The position numbers were made by a program, and so were the translations under genes. The notes under the pieces are model-generated. The model worked only from the letters and a program-made list of their open reading frames with translations. It made no database searches and had not been told where the DNA came from. Positions 8,608 through 17,397 of a stretch of DNA of 56,267 nt are shown here, one piece after another. Source of the DNA: Chloroflexota bacterium (lineage in GTDB: Bacteria > Chloroflexota > Dormibacteria > CF-121); the NCBI GenBank assembly GCA_005881715.1, contig VBEE01000043.1, forward strand, positions 1,218 to 57,484. The letters are read 5' to 3'. The stretch's first letter is position 1. The number at the start of each line of letters is the position of its first letter.

Positions 8608-9897
8608 ATGAAATTGCCGAAGTTGCTCGCCGGATTAGCGTTGGCGGGCATGGTGTTGGCGGCCTGCGGAACCAGTAACTCCACCGGCAACACCAACAAG
8701 GGCACGATCAACATCGGCGTCGACCTACCGGAGTCGGGGGCCGAAGCTTCGAACGGTATCCCGACGCTCAACGGCGTCAAGTACGCGGTGCAGACGGCTG
8801 GATCGGTCGAGGGCTACACCATCAAGGTGAAAAACCTTGATGACGCGGTCAACGGCGTCCACGACCCGCAGAAGGGCGCCCAGAACATGCAGGCGTTCGT
8901 CGCCGACACGAGCGTGCTCGGCGTCGTCGGGCCTTTCAACTCGAATGTGGCCCGCGCCGAGATTCCGATCAGCAACCGGGCGAAGCTGGCACAGATCAGC
9001 CCCGCCAACACCAACCAGTGTCTGACCAAGAACATCTATATCCCGACCACGCTCGGTGCACCCAAGGACATCACCTGTAAGGACGCCGGGATCCTCGCGC
9101 CGGCTGACTTGCGGCCGACCGGCGTGAACAACTACTTCCGGGTCGCGACCACCGACGACCTGCAGGGCCCCGCCATGGCGGACTACGCCTACGACACGCT
9201 CAAGGTGACCAAGCTCGGCGTCGCCTCGGACAATGAGGTCTACGGGAAGGGCATCGCCGATACCTTCTCGGCCGAGTTCAAGAACAAGGGCGGCACGATC
9301 GTCAAGCGACAGGACTTCAACACCAAGAGCACGAACGACTTCCGCGGCTTCCTGCAGTCCGCCAAGGGCGCCGGCGCCACCGCGATCTACTTCGGCGGCA
9401 CGGACAGCAACAAGGGCTGCATCGTCCGGGCGCAGGCGAAGGGCATCTTCGCCGCCGATTCGCCGTACATGGGCGGTGACGGCCTGCAGACCGGGCAGTG
9501 TCTGAAAGACGCCGCCGACAACGCGGCCGGCATCTACGCCGCCGTGGCGGCGCCGAACGCCGAGCAGATCCCCGCTTCCAAGTCGATCATCGACGGCTTC
9601 AAGAAGGCGTTCCCGAACAAGGACGACTTCGGCGCCTACTCGATGCCCGCCTACGACTGCGCCAAGATCCTGATCGAGGCGATTCGCAAGGCGATCAAGG
9701 CCAACAACGGCAATATGCCGACCCGCGACGCGGTTCGCCAGCAGGTCGCCAACACGAAGGACTTCACCGGCACGCTGGGCAAGACGACGTTCGACGAGAA
9801 TGGCGACACGTCGCTCAAGATCATCTCCATCTACCAGGCGAAGGGCAGTCCCGTCGACTGGAGCTGGGTCACCCAAATCGACTTCGCCAAGAAGTAA
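8608..9897 (+). CDS. livJ: branched-chain amino acid ABC transporter substrate-binding lipoprotein (LivJ/LivK family)
   Basis: 429-aa ORF with signal peptide and lipobox MKLPKLLAGLALAGMVLAACG. The type I periplasmic binding fold pattern is present (INIGVDLPESGAEASNG, VVGPFNSNVA). GGAGG precedes the ATG. Confidence 0.9.
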   Translation: MKLPKLLAGLALAGMVLAACGTSNSTGNTNKGTINIGVDLPESGAEASNGIPTLNGVKYAVQTAGSVEGYTIKVKNLDDAVNGVHDPQKGAQNMQAFVADTSVLGVVGPFNSNVARAEIPISNRAKLAQISPANTNQCLTKNIYIPTTLGAPKDITCKDAGILAPADLRPTGVNNYFRVATTDDLQGPAMADYAYDTLKVTKLGVASDNEVYGKGIADTFSAEFKNKGGTIVKRQDFNTKSTNDFRGFLQSAKGAGATAIYFGGTDSNKGCIVRAQAKGIFAADSPYMGGDGLQTGQCLKDAADNAAGIYAAVAAPNAEQIPASKSIIDGFKKAFPNKDDFGAYSMPAYDCAKILIEAIRKAIKANNGNMPTRDAVRQQVANTKDFTGTLGKTTFDENGDTSLKIISIYQAKGSPVDWSWVTQIDFAKK

Positions 9898-9912
9898 CCG
9901 ACCGCTGCAATA

Positions 9913-9944
9913 GAATCTGGAGGGGCCGAGGCCCCTCCAGATTC
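9913..9944 (+). terminator. perfect 14-bp GC-rich stem-loop just after the binding-protein gene (intra-operon attenuator or mRNA stabiliser)
   Basis: GAATCTGGAGGGGC cgag GCCCCTCCAGATTC, 16 nt after the livJ-like stop. There is no downstream T-tract, so it may be a partial terminator or processing/stability element of the kind often found after ABC binding-protein genes. Confidence 0.5.
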
Positions 9945-10064
9945 GCGTCAACAGGAGAGAGGAAGCTGGTCGGAGCGCTTCGAACGACGCGTAGCGCCTT
10001 AGCCGGTCCCGCCGGCACCCGGGCCTTTGGTGGTCTGCTGCTTGTCCTCCTGGCAATCCTCCTG

Positions 10065-11000
10065 GTGCCACGAGCTGCCAACGATCCATCGTTTTTCGTC
10101 CAGATCGTGATTTACGGCCTTGCCAACGGGGCCATCTACGCCCTGATCGCGCTCGGGTACACGATGGTCTACGGCATCGTCGAATTGATCAATTTTGCCC
10201 ACGGCGACGTCTTCACCCTGGGCGGTTTTCTCGCCCTTCCGCTGATCGCGGCGTTCGGGCTGCGGGAAGACCAGTCCACCGGGCTTGGGGTCTACCTGGT
10301 CTTGCTGGTGGTGGCGCTGATCGTCATGCTCCTCACGGGAAGCCTCAACGTCCTCATCGAGCGGGTCGCCTATCGGCCCCTGCGCAACGCGCCGCGGCTC
10401 GCGCCGCTGATCACCGCCGTCGGCATGTCGTTCATCCTCGAGGGGCTGATGTACATGTGGCAGGGGGCCAACAACGTGCATTTCCCCGATCTGCTTCCTT
10501 CTGGCCGGATCTCCCTGGGCGGTTCCGCGTCGATCGGGGCCAAGGACTTCATCGTCATTGCGTTGGCCGTCGTGCTGGTCGTCGTACTCACCACCTTCAT
10601 CAATAATTCCAAATTGGGCAAGGCCATGAGAGCGACCGCCCAGGACCGTGATGCCGCGCAGCTGATGGGCGTCAACATCAACCGCACCATCGCGGCCACC
10701 TTCTTCATCGGCGCCGTCCTCGCCGGCGCCGGCGGCATGATCTTCGGCCTCTACTTCAACACGGTGCGCTTCGACCTCGGTTTTCAGTCCGGGTTGTTTG
10801 CCTTCACGGCCGCCGTCTTTGGCGGAATCGGCAATATCCAGGGCGCCGCCCTCGGCGGGCTGTTCATCGGGATGGTGAAGGCGTTTAGCGATGCCTATTT
10901 CACGTCGCAGCTCACCGATGTCTGGATTTTCAGCATCCTGATCCTGGTGCTGGTCTTCCGTCCCACCGGCCTGCTCGGGATGCGGGTTCCGGAGAAATGA
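10065..11000 (+). CDS. livH: branched-chain amino acid ABC transporter permease LivH
   Basis: The first canonical start after the livJ stop is GTG 10065. The product contains IVIYGLANGAIYALIALGYTMVYG, typical of LivH. A possible CTG start at 9966 would add a charged segment plus a transmembrane segment (see findings). Confidence 0.9.
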   Translation: MPRAANDPSFFVQIVIYGLANGAIYALIALGYTMVYGIVELINFAHGDVFTLGGFLALPLIAAFGLREDQSTGLGVYLVLLVVALIVMLLTGSLNVLIERVAYRPLRNAPRLAPLITAVGMSFILEGLMYMWQGANNVHFPDLLPSGRISLGGSASIGAKDFIVIALAVVLVVVLTTFINNSKLGKAMRATAQDRDAAQLMGVNINRTIAATFFIGAVLAGAGGMIFGLYFNTVRFDLGFQSGLFAFTAAVFGGIGNIQGAALGGLFIGMVKAFSDAYFTSQLTDVWIFSILILVLVFRPTGLLGMRVPEK

Positions 11001-12229
11001 AGGGAGCCAAGGAGCGTGCCCCCAAGCGGCTCCCCTTGCAAGGTTGGACCGACCGTGACACGGTCATCCTCCGAGCGCTCCTGGTGGGAGCGATCCTGTT
11101 CCCCTTCTTTGCGACGCTCGTTACCGGTGGCAGCGGCGGGGCCCTGATCAACACGGCGGCCGATGCCGGCGTGTATGTCCTGCTGGCGATCGGCCTGAAT
11201 ATCGTGGTCGGCTTCGCCGGACTCCTCGATCTCGGCTACGCGGCGTTCTTCGCCATCGGCGCCTACACCTACGGAATGCTTGCGTCCGGCCAGCTCTTCG
11301 GGAGCCCACTGCACCATGAGATCCACCTCCCCTTCTGGCTGCTCCTGTTCGTCGGGATGTTCGTCGCGGCCGGCTTCGGCGCTATCCTGGGGGCGCCGAC
11401 GCTGCGGCTGCGCGGCGATTACCTGGCGATCGTGACTCTCGGGTTCGGGGAGATCGTCCCCAGCGTCTTCCGCTACCTCGGACAGGGCTCCGTGCTCGGC
11501 AACTGGACGGGCGGGGTCAATGGCATCGCCGGCATCGACCCGCCCTCGCTGCCCTTCGGCATTTCCGGGCCATGGAGCGGCGAAGCGCTGCGCTTTCTGC
11601 CCCGTTTCGACTTCGTCGATCCCATCGCCTACTACGTCCTGATGGTGATCCTCGTCATCGTCGGGGTTGTCGCCGCAACCAATCTCCACCGCTCGCGGCT
11701 GGGTCGCGCCTGGATGGCCGTGCGCGAGGACGAGGTGGCCGCCGCCGCCACCGGCGTCAACACGGTGGCGATCAAGCTGTTGGCCTTCTCCATCGGCGCC
11801 TCGTTCAGCGGCCTGGCCGGCACCTTCTACGGCGCCAAGCTGTCCCTGGTCAGCTCTGAGAACTTCGCGTTCGTGGTCTCGGTGACCATCCTGATCATGG
11901 TGGTGCTGGGCGGCATGGGCAACATTCCCGGCGTCATCCTCGGTGCGCTGATGATCTACTACGTGCTCTTCAACTTACTGACCAACCTGCCCGATCTCGC
12001 TGCCAGCTTCGCCAGCGCGATCGGCCTCGGCTTCCTCAATGCCTCACACGGCGACTGGCCGGGCCTGCATGACGAGGTGCAGCGGATGAACTTCCTGATC
12101 TTTGGGTTGATCCTTGTGCTTGTCATGTTGTTCAGGCCGCAAGGCCTTCTTCCCAGCCGCGTCCGCGAGCAGGAGCTGGCGAAAGGCGTCAGCGAGCAGG
12201 CCGTCTTCGACCTTCGCGAGGAAGGCTGA
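10997..12229 (+). CDS. livM: branched-chain amino acid ABC transporter permease LivM
   Basis: 410-aa polytopic membrane ORF with an ATGA overlap with livH. Contains the LivM-type motif GYAAFFAIGAYTYG. Confidence 0.9.
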   Translation: MKGAKERAPKRLPLQGWTDRDTVILRALLVGAILFPFFATLVTGGSGGALINTAADAGVYVLLAIGLNIVVGFAGLLDLGYAAFFAIGAYTYGMLASGQLFGSPLHHEIHLPFWLLLFVGMFVAAGFGAILGAPTLRLRGDYLAIVTLGFGEIVPSVFRYLGQGSVLGNWTGGVNGIAGIDPPSLPFGISGPWSGEALRFLPRFDFVDPIAYYVLMVILVIVGVVAATNLHRSRLGRAWMAVREDEVAAAATGVNTVAIKLLAFSIGASFSGLAGTFYGAKLSLVSSENFAFVVSVTILIMVVLGGMGNIPGVILGALMIYYVLFNLLTNLPDLAASFASAIGLGFLNASHGDWPGLHDEVQRMNFLIFGLILVLVMLFRPQGLLPSRVREQELAKGVSEQAVFDLREEG

Positions 12230-12231
12230 CG

Positions 12232-13005
12232 GTGGCGGCCGAGCAGCGGATCCTGGCCGTCGAACAATTGACCAAACGTTTCGGCGGCCTGAGCGCGGTC
12301 GACCACGTCAGCTTCCACATCAACAAGGGCGAGATCTTCGCCCTCATCGGACCGAACGGCGCGGGCAAGACCACCCTGTTCAACACCATGACGGGCATCT
12401 ATTCGCCGACCTCAGGCACGGTGATCTTCGAGGGGGCCAACATTACCGGCCTGAAACCGTATCGGGTGGCGCAGCTGGGCATGGGACGGACCTTTCAGCA
12501 GATCCGCCTGTTCTCCTACATGAGTGCGCTCGACAACGTCCGGGTCGGCGAACACTCGCGGATGCACGCCCAGGTCTGGGATGCGCTGTTCAAGACGCGG
12601 ACCGCCCGCAATGAGGAAGCCCGCGTCACCGAGAAAGCGATGGAGCTCCTGAACTTCGTGGGGATTCAGCAGCATGCCCACAATTACGCCCGCAACCTGC
12701 CGTACGGCCACCAGCGCCGCCTGGAAATCGCCCGCGCCCTGGCCAGCGACCCACACCTTCTGCTGCTCGACGAGCCGGCGGCCGGCGCCACGCCCCAGGA
12801 AAAGCGGGAGCTGATGGAGCTGGTCGAAAAGGTCCGATCTGAAGGCGTGACGGTGCTCCTGATCGAGCACGACATGCGGGTCGTGATGGGGATCTCCGAC
12901 CGGATCGTTGTGCTCGACTACGGCGAGAAGATCGCCGAAGGGAAGCCGGAAGAGGTCCGGCGCGACCCCCGGGTGATCGAAGCCTACCTGGGGAAGAGCG
13001 CCTAG
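12232..13005 (+). CDS. livG: branched-chain amino acid ABC transporter ATP-binding protein LivG
   Basis: 257 aa. Walker A GPNGAGKTT, signature-region equivalent YGHQRRLEIARAL, Walker B LLLLDEP, H-loop IEHDM. TAG stop. Confidence 0.92.
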   Translation: MAAEQRILAVEQLTKRFGGLSAVDHVSFHINKGEIFALIGPNGAGKTTLFNTMTGIYSPTSGTVIFEGANITGLKPYRVAQLGMGRTFQQIRLFSYMSALDNVRVGEHSRMHAQVWDALFKTRTARNEEARVTEKAMELLNFVGIQQHAHNYARNLPYGHQRRLEIARALASDPHLLLLDEPAAGATPQEKRELMELVEKVRSEGVTVLLIEHDMRVVMGISDRIVVLDYGEKIAEGKPEEVRRDPRVIEAYLGKSA

Positions 13006-13012
13006 CCCGGTC

Positions 13013-13723
13013 ATGGCGCTGCTCGAGCTCGAGAACGTCGACACCTACTACGGTCGCGTGCACGCCCTACACGGCATCACGTTGCATATCGACGAAGGCG
13101 AAATCGTCACCCTGATCGGCAGCAACGGGGCGGGTAAGACGACAACGCTCCGAACCATTTCCGGCCTGACTCCGGCGGCAAAGGGTCAGGTTCGGCTTCG
13201 CGGGAAAGACATCACCCACGTCGCCCCGGACGAGATCGTGCGGCTGGGAATCGGGCACGTGCCGGAGGGGCGCCGGATCTTCGGCCGCCTGACCGTCCGC
13301 GACAACCTGTTCCTCGGCGCCTTCACCCGCAAGGACCGGGAGGGAATTCGGCGGGACCAGGAGCATGTCTTCAAACTGTTTCCTCGCGTCAAAGAGCGTT
13401 TGGATCAAATCGGTGGCACGCTTTCTGGTGGCGAGCAACAGATGCTCGCGATCGGACGCGGCCTGATGTCGCGACCCCGTGTCCTGCTGCTCGACGAGCC
13501 CTCGCTGGGCCTCGCCCCCATCCTGGTCGACCAGATCTTCGACATCATCCGCGACATCAATCAGGAGGGCACCACCATCCTGCTGATCGAGCAGAACGCG
13601 GCCAAGGCATTGGCGGTGGCGAACCGAGGCTACGTGCTCGAAACCGGCCGCATCGTCAAGGAAGGACCCACCTCGACGCTGCTGGAAAGCCCCGACGTCC
13701 AGAAGGCATATCTCGGAATCTAG
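13013..13723 (+). CDS. livF: branched-chain amino acid ABC transporter ATP-binding protein LivF
   Basis: 236 aa. Walker A GSNGAGKTT, signature LSGGEQQMLAIGRGL, Walker B LLLDEPSLGLAP, and the C-terminal VQKAYLG typical of LivF. Confidence 0.92.
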   Translation: MALLELENVDTYYGRVHALHGITLHIDEGEIVTLIGSNGAGKTTTLRTISGLTPAAKGQVRLRGKDITHVAPDEIVRLGIGHVPEGRRIFGRLTVRDNLFLGAFTRKDREGIRRDQEHVFKLFPRVKERLDQIGGTLSGGEQQMLAIGRGLMSRPRVLLLDEPSLGLAPILVDQIFDIIRDINQEGTTILLIEQNAAKALAVANRGYVLETGRIVKEGPTSTLLESPDVQKAYLGI

Positions 13724-13748
13724 GGGAACCGGGGCGCCTCGCACCGGA

Positions 13749-14771
13749 TTGGCCCTGGCCGCGCTGCTCATAGCCGCATGCGGCACTTCCGCTCCCGCTC
13801 CAACCAATCCGGTGCTCGCGAGCATCACGGTGGGGGCCCGAGCGGGGACGCCGGCGATCGGCGCCGGCGCTGTCTGGATCCCCAATACCGGCGATGGCAC
13901 GGTCTCCAGGGTCGACCCGGCCAGCAATCACGTCGTCGCCACCATTCGCATTGGCGATGCCGCCGCCTTCTACAAGACCGTCTGCGAGCCCTACGGATCC
14001 GTGCACAGCTTCATGGTCACCACCTTCCACATCCGCCGCTGCGATCTCCCGAGCGCGGTGGCCGCGGGATCGGACTCGGTCTGGGTCGCCAAGAACGATA
14101 CGAATGAGATTGTGCGAGTGGACCCGGCGGCAAACCGAATTTCGACCCGGGTGTCCACCGGCGTCGTCCCCTTCGGTCTCCTCGTCACCCCGGCCGCGGT
14201 CTGGGTCACCAGCTACGACGACGATGCGATCGTTCGCATCGATCCGATCAGCGGCCGGATGCTGACGACCATCCGAGTGCCGGGGCGGGGCCCGACCGGC
14301 GTCGCGGAAGCGGACGGGGCGCTATGGGTCGCGAACAGCCGCAACGGATCCGTCTCGCGGATCGATCCGGTCAGCAACCAGGTGACCGCCACCATCTCGA
14401 TGACCTGCCGGAGTCAGTGCCTCGGCGGGGCGGTGCCCTTGGCCCTTGCCTCCGTGGCCAACCAGATCTGGATCCGCAATGAGGGCGATGGCACCGTGGC
14501 GCGAATCGATACGCGCACAAATATGGTGGTCGGGACCATCGATGTCGACACCTTCTACGGGCGTGATGGTCAGGACGCCATTGGCGTCACCCCCTCAGCG
14601 ATCTGGCTGAGCGGCATCAGCTTGCAGCGGATCGATCCGAGCACCGGGCGGGTGGTGCGAACCGTTGATCAGGGCGGCATCACGTTGGCGGCGGGGTTTG
14701 GCTCCCTCTGGGTGACCGACGTCGTGGGCCGCATCCTTCGGCTGGATCCGCAGCGATTGCGCAGCGGATGA
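13749..14771 (+). CDS. seven-bladed beta-propeller lipoprotein (YVTN / Vgb-like repeats)
   Basis: Begins with the lipobox LIAAC. It is followed by seven repeats of the form (V/L/I)W(V/I)xNxxDGxVSR(I/V)DPxSNxVxxTI. It starts 25 nt after livF, and its stop overlaps the next gene start (ATGA). Confidence 0.75.
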   Translation: MALAALLIAACGTSAPAPTNPVLASITVGARAGTPAIGAGAVWIPNTGDGTVSRVDPASNHVVATIRIGDAAAFYKTVCEPYGSVHSFMVTTFHIRRCDLPSAVAAGSDSVWVAKNDTNEIVRVDPAANRISTRVSTGVVPFGLLVTPAAVWVTSYDDDAIVRIDPISGRMLTTIRVPGRGPTGVAEADGALWVANSRNGSVSRIDPVSNQVTATISMTCRSQCLGGAVPLALASVANQIWIRNEGDGTVARIDTRTNMVVGTIDVDTFYGRDGQDAIGVTPSAIWLSGISLQRIDPSTGRVVRTVDQGGITLAAGFGSLWVTDVVGRILRLDPQRLRSG

Positions 14772-16033
14772 AGCCGGCCGTCGCCATGATGCTGATGGTG
14801 GCGATGGCTCTGTCCGGCTGCACCCTCGGGGGTGACGGCGCGCAGCACGTCGTTGGAACCGTGAAGCTCGGCGCCGACCTGCCGCTCAGCGGCGACGACG
14901 CACCCGACGGCCTTCCGGTGAGGAACGCGATCGCGCTCGCCATCGACCAGGCCGGCGTGGTCTGTGGCGCGGCCAGCCATCGGGACGCGTGTGTGCGGCT
15001 GGAGACCGTCATCGAGGACGACGTCAGCCAGGGGATTCACGACACCGCGAAGGGCGCGCAGAATGTTCAGCGACTCGCCGCGGACGGTCGCGTGATCGGC
15101 ATGGTCGGCCCGCTGTACGAGAGCCTCGCAAAGAGCGAGCTGCCGGTGGCGAACGCGGCACCGCTGGCCATGGTGAGTCCGGCGGTGACTGACGAGTGCC
15201 TGACGCGGGAGCCGGCGGACGGGCACTGCGGCGGGCTGAAAGCCAGACTCCGGCCCGGCGGCGGCAACACCTTCTTTCGGGTGGTCACCACCCAGCTGGA
15301 CGAAGGCGCAGCCGGGGCCGACCTCGCCTTTCGCACCCTGGGCAAGCGGCAGGCCTTTGTCCTGAATGACCAGAGTCCGTTCGGCCAGGCCGTGGCTCGT
15401 GCATTCGCCGACCGGTTCGCGCGGGACGGCGGAACCGTGGTCGACCCGTCGGACCTGGGAGCCTTTGACCCGGGTCAGCCGCCCGCCTTCGGAATTCGGG
15501 TCGATCGAGCCCGCGCATCGGGCGCCGACGTCATCTACTTCGCCGGCTCGGCGATCCTCGCGGCCGCCTCGCTTCGACGGGAGATGGTCGCCCGGATGCC
15601 GCAGGTGCCGCTGATCGGCACGGATCGGCTGGCGAACTCACAGTTCGCCAAATCGGCCGGCGCGTCGGCCCGCGGCTGCTACTACACGGTCGTGGGTCCC
15701 TATCCGCCGCGAATTCATGAGGCCGCCTCCGTTGGCCGCGCCTACCGGCAGACCTATGGCGTCGACATCGCGTCCGCCAGCCTGGCGGCCTTCGACGCCA
15801 CCAACCTGCTGATCGCTGCCGTGCGCCGGGCCATCGATGATGCCGGCGGGAAACTGCCGAGCCGGTTGGACGTACTGCGCGAAGTCGCAAAGACGAAGAA
15901 TTACGCGGGGGCGATGGGCGTGATGAGCTTCGATTCGGATGGCGACACCAGTCTCAAGCTGGTGACCGCCTACCAATGGCTGGCCGCGACCGAACCCCGT
16001 GGTCAGATCGTTGCGCAGCTCACCGTGAACTGA
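14768..16033 (+). CDS. second Leu/Ile/Val-type (type I PBP) substrate-binding lipoprotein
   Basis: 421-aa ORF with signal and lipobox MALSGC. Contains VKLGADLPLSGDDAPDG and MVGPLYESLA, collinear with the first binding protein at 8608..9897. Confidence 0.85.
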   Translation: MKPAVAMMLMVAMALSGCTLGGDGAQHVVGTVKLGADLPLSGDDAPDGLPVRNAIALAIDQAGVVCGAASHRDACVRLETVIEDDVSQGIHDTAKGAQNVQRLAADGRVIGMVGPLYESLAKSELPVANAAPLAMVSPAVTDECLTREPADGHCGGLKARLRPGGGNTFFRVVTTQLDEGAAGADLAFRTLGKRQAFVLNDQSPFGQAVARAFADRFARDGGTVVDPSDLGAFDPGQPPAFGIRVDRARASGADVIYFAGSAILAAASLRREMVARMPQVPLIGTDRLANSQFAKSAGASARGCYYTVVGPYPPRIHEAASVGRAYRQTYGVDIASASLAAFDATNLLIAAVRRAIDDAGGKLPSRLDVLREVAKTKNYAGAMGVMSFDSDGDTSLKLVTAYQWLAATEPRGQIVAQLTVN

Positions 16034-16891
16034 TCATCCGATGGGCCGGCCGGTCACCAGCGCCAGCGCGATCAGATAGACGCAGATCACGGCGAAGAGC
16101 CCGTACTCGAACATGATCCGCCGCGTGAGCGAATCGTCGAGCGCATGCACCGTCAATCCCTGCCAGGCATACCAGGCAAAGGCGAGGATCACCGCGACGT
16201 ACTGGCTTCCCTGGTTGAGGTAGGTCACCATGCCGAAGGCGCCAAAGGTGACGGTTCCCGCCGTCAGAAAAGCGGACAGCAGGGCCAGACCTTCGCGGCG
16301 GGTGGCGAAGCGAAAGCTGCGATAGCCGCTGAGCAGGGCCACGACGAAAATCGCGCTGAACTTGAGGACGTTCGGCAGGTCCGCCGACTGGAGAATGAGG
16401 AAGAACAGCGCGAGCAAGACGCAAAACGTGGTGGCGTCCCGAAGAAACCGGTGGAGCGGCCGTTCGCGTCCCATCCCACGCGAGAGGTCGACGAAGCTGC
16501 TGGCGAAGATGAAGGCCCCCATCGTCAACATCGCCAGCGAATGCACCCGATAGTCGGGCGCCAGGATCGAGAAGGCGGCGGCCGCCACGATGACGAGCAC
16601 CGGCGTGATGTAGTGGTCAAGACTGAGCCACGCCGGGGTTCGGTTGCGGGCATGCAGAAAAGTCAGCCCCAGGGTGACGAGCAGGGCCAGGACGGCGGTC
16701 GCCTGCCAGACCTGGTCCGGGGTGAGCAGTTCGGACTTGAAGGTGAGGCCGATGGCCACGGCCCAGGCCGCCAGCAGCCCCAGGTAGCGGGTGCCAAGCT
16801 GGATGGGCCGCGGTACCGGCCGCGGCCGGGCTCGCGACCGCTGTTGCCCTGGCGGAAGGGTCGCGGAAGAACTCGCCAGGGCTTCCGACAT
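16034..16891 (-). CDS. polytopic membrane protein, unknown function
   Basis: 285-aa ORF with an Arg/Pro-rich N-terminus followed by about 8 hydrophobic helices. High GC3. No recognisable family. Confidence 0.6.
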   Translation of the reverse strand: MSEALASSSATLPPGQQRSRARPRPVPRPIQLGTRYLGLLAAWAVAIGLTFKSELLTPDQVWQATAVLALLVTLGLTFLHARNRTPAWLSLDHYITPVLVIVAAAAFSILAPDYRVHSLAMLTMGAFIFASSFVDLSRGMGRERPLHRFLRDATTFCVLLALFFLILQSADLPNVLKFSAIFVVALLSGYRSFRFATRREGLALLSAFLTAGTVTFGAFGMVTYLNQGSQYVAVILAFAWYAWQGLTVHALDDSLTRRIMFEYGLFAVICVYLIALALVTGRPIG

Positions 16892-17022
16892 GGCGGCTAG
16901 TCTAGCAGGGAAACGTCCGTTTGGGGCCTGGGGAAATCACCGGCTGCCAGCCCCGAATTTGTATTCGAAAACAAATGTTCGACGGCAACTGACGCTTTTG
17001 TGGAAACTGTGGAAAGTGACGG

Positions 17023-17397
17023 TCAGGCGATGCTGGTTCCCTGGCGCCCGTATTTGTCTTCGAGCCTCACGACATCATCGATCTCCGGGGACGAAACTTC
17101 GAAGAATTCGCACTCCTCGATCCCGATCATCCGATGCTTGCGTCCGGGCACGATTCGCTGCGACATTCCCGGGGTCAGCCGGTGGGTCTGCATGCGCCCG
17201 CCATCGTCCTCGAGCTGAAGGTCCATCGCCCCCTTGGTGACCAGTAACGTCTCGTCTTTTTGCTGGTGGTATTGCAGGCTGAGCATCTCGCCGGCGTTGA
17301 TATGGATGACCTTGCCGAGGTACTTTTCGGTCACCGCGAAGCGGTTCTCCCAGCCCCAGGGTTTTAAGACCAGGAGGGAGGGAGATTGATCAGACAA
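17023..17397 (-). CDS. cupin-type mannose-6-phosphate isomerase domain protein (type II PMI C-terminal domain)
   Basis: 124 aa. KPWGWENRFAVTEKYLGKVIHINAGEMLSLQYHQQKDETLLVTKG matches the cupin of bifunctional PMI-GMP enzymes. Overlaps the upstream phosphomutase stop by 8 nt. Confidence 0.8.
   Translation of the reverse strand: MSDQSPSLLVLKPWGWENRFAVTEKYLGKVIHINAGEMLSLQYHQQKDETLLVTKGAMDLQLEDDGGRMQTHRLTPGMSQRIVPGRKHRMIGIEECEFFEVSSPEIDDVVRLEDKYGRQGTSIA

Noticed and set aside
8725-10089. 454-aa minus-strand ORF.
   Set aside because: It is antisense to the livJ-like binding-protein gene, which has a signal peptide, an SD and family motifs. The composition is typical of shadow ORFs.
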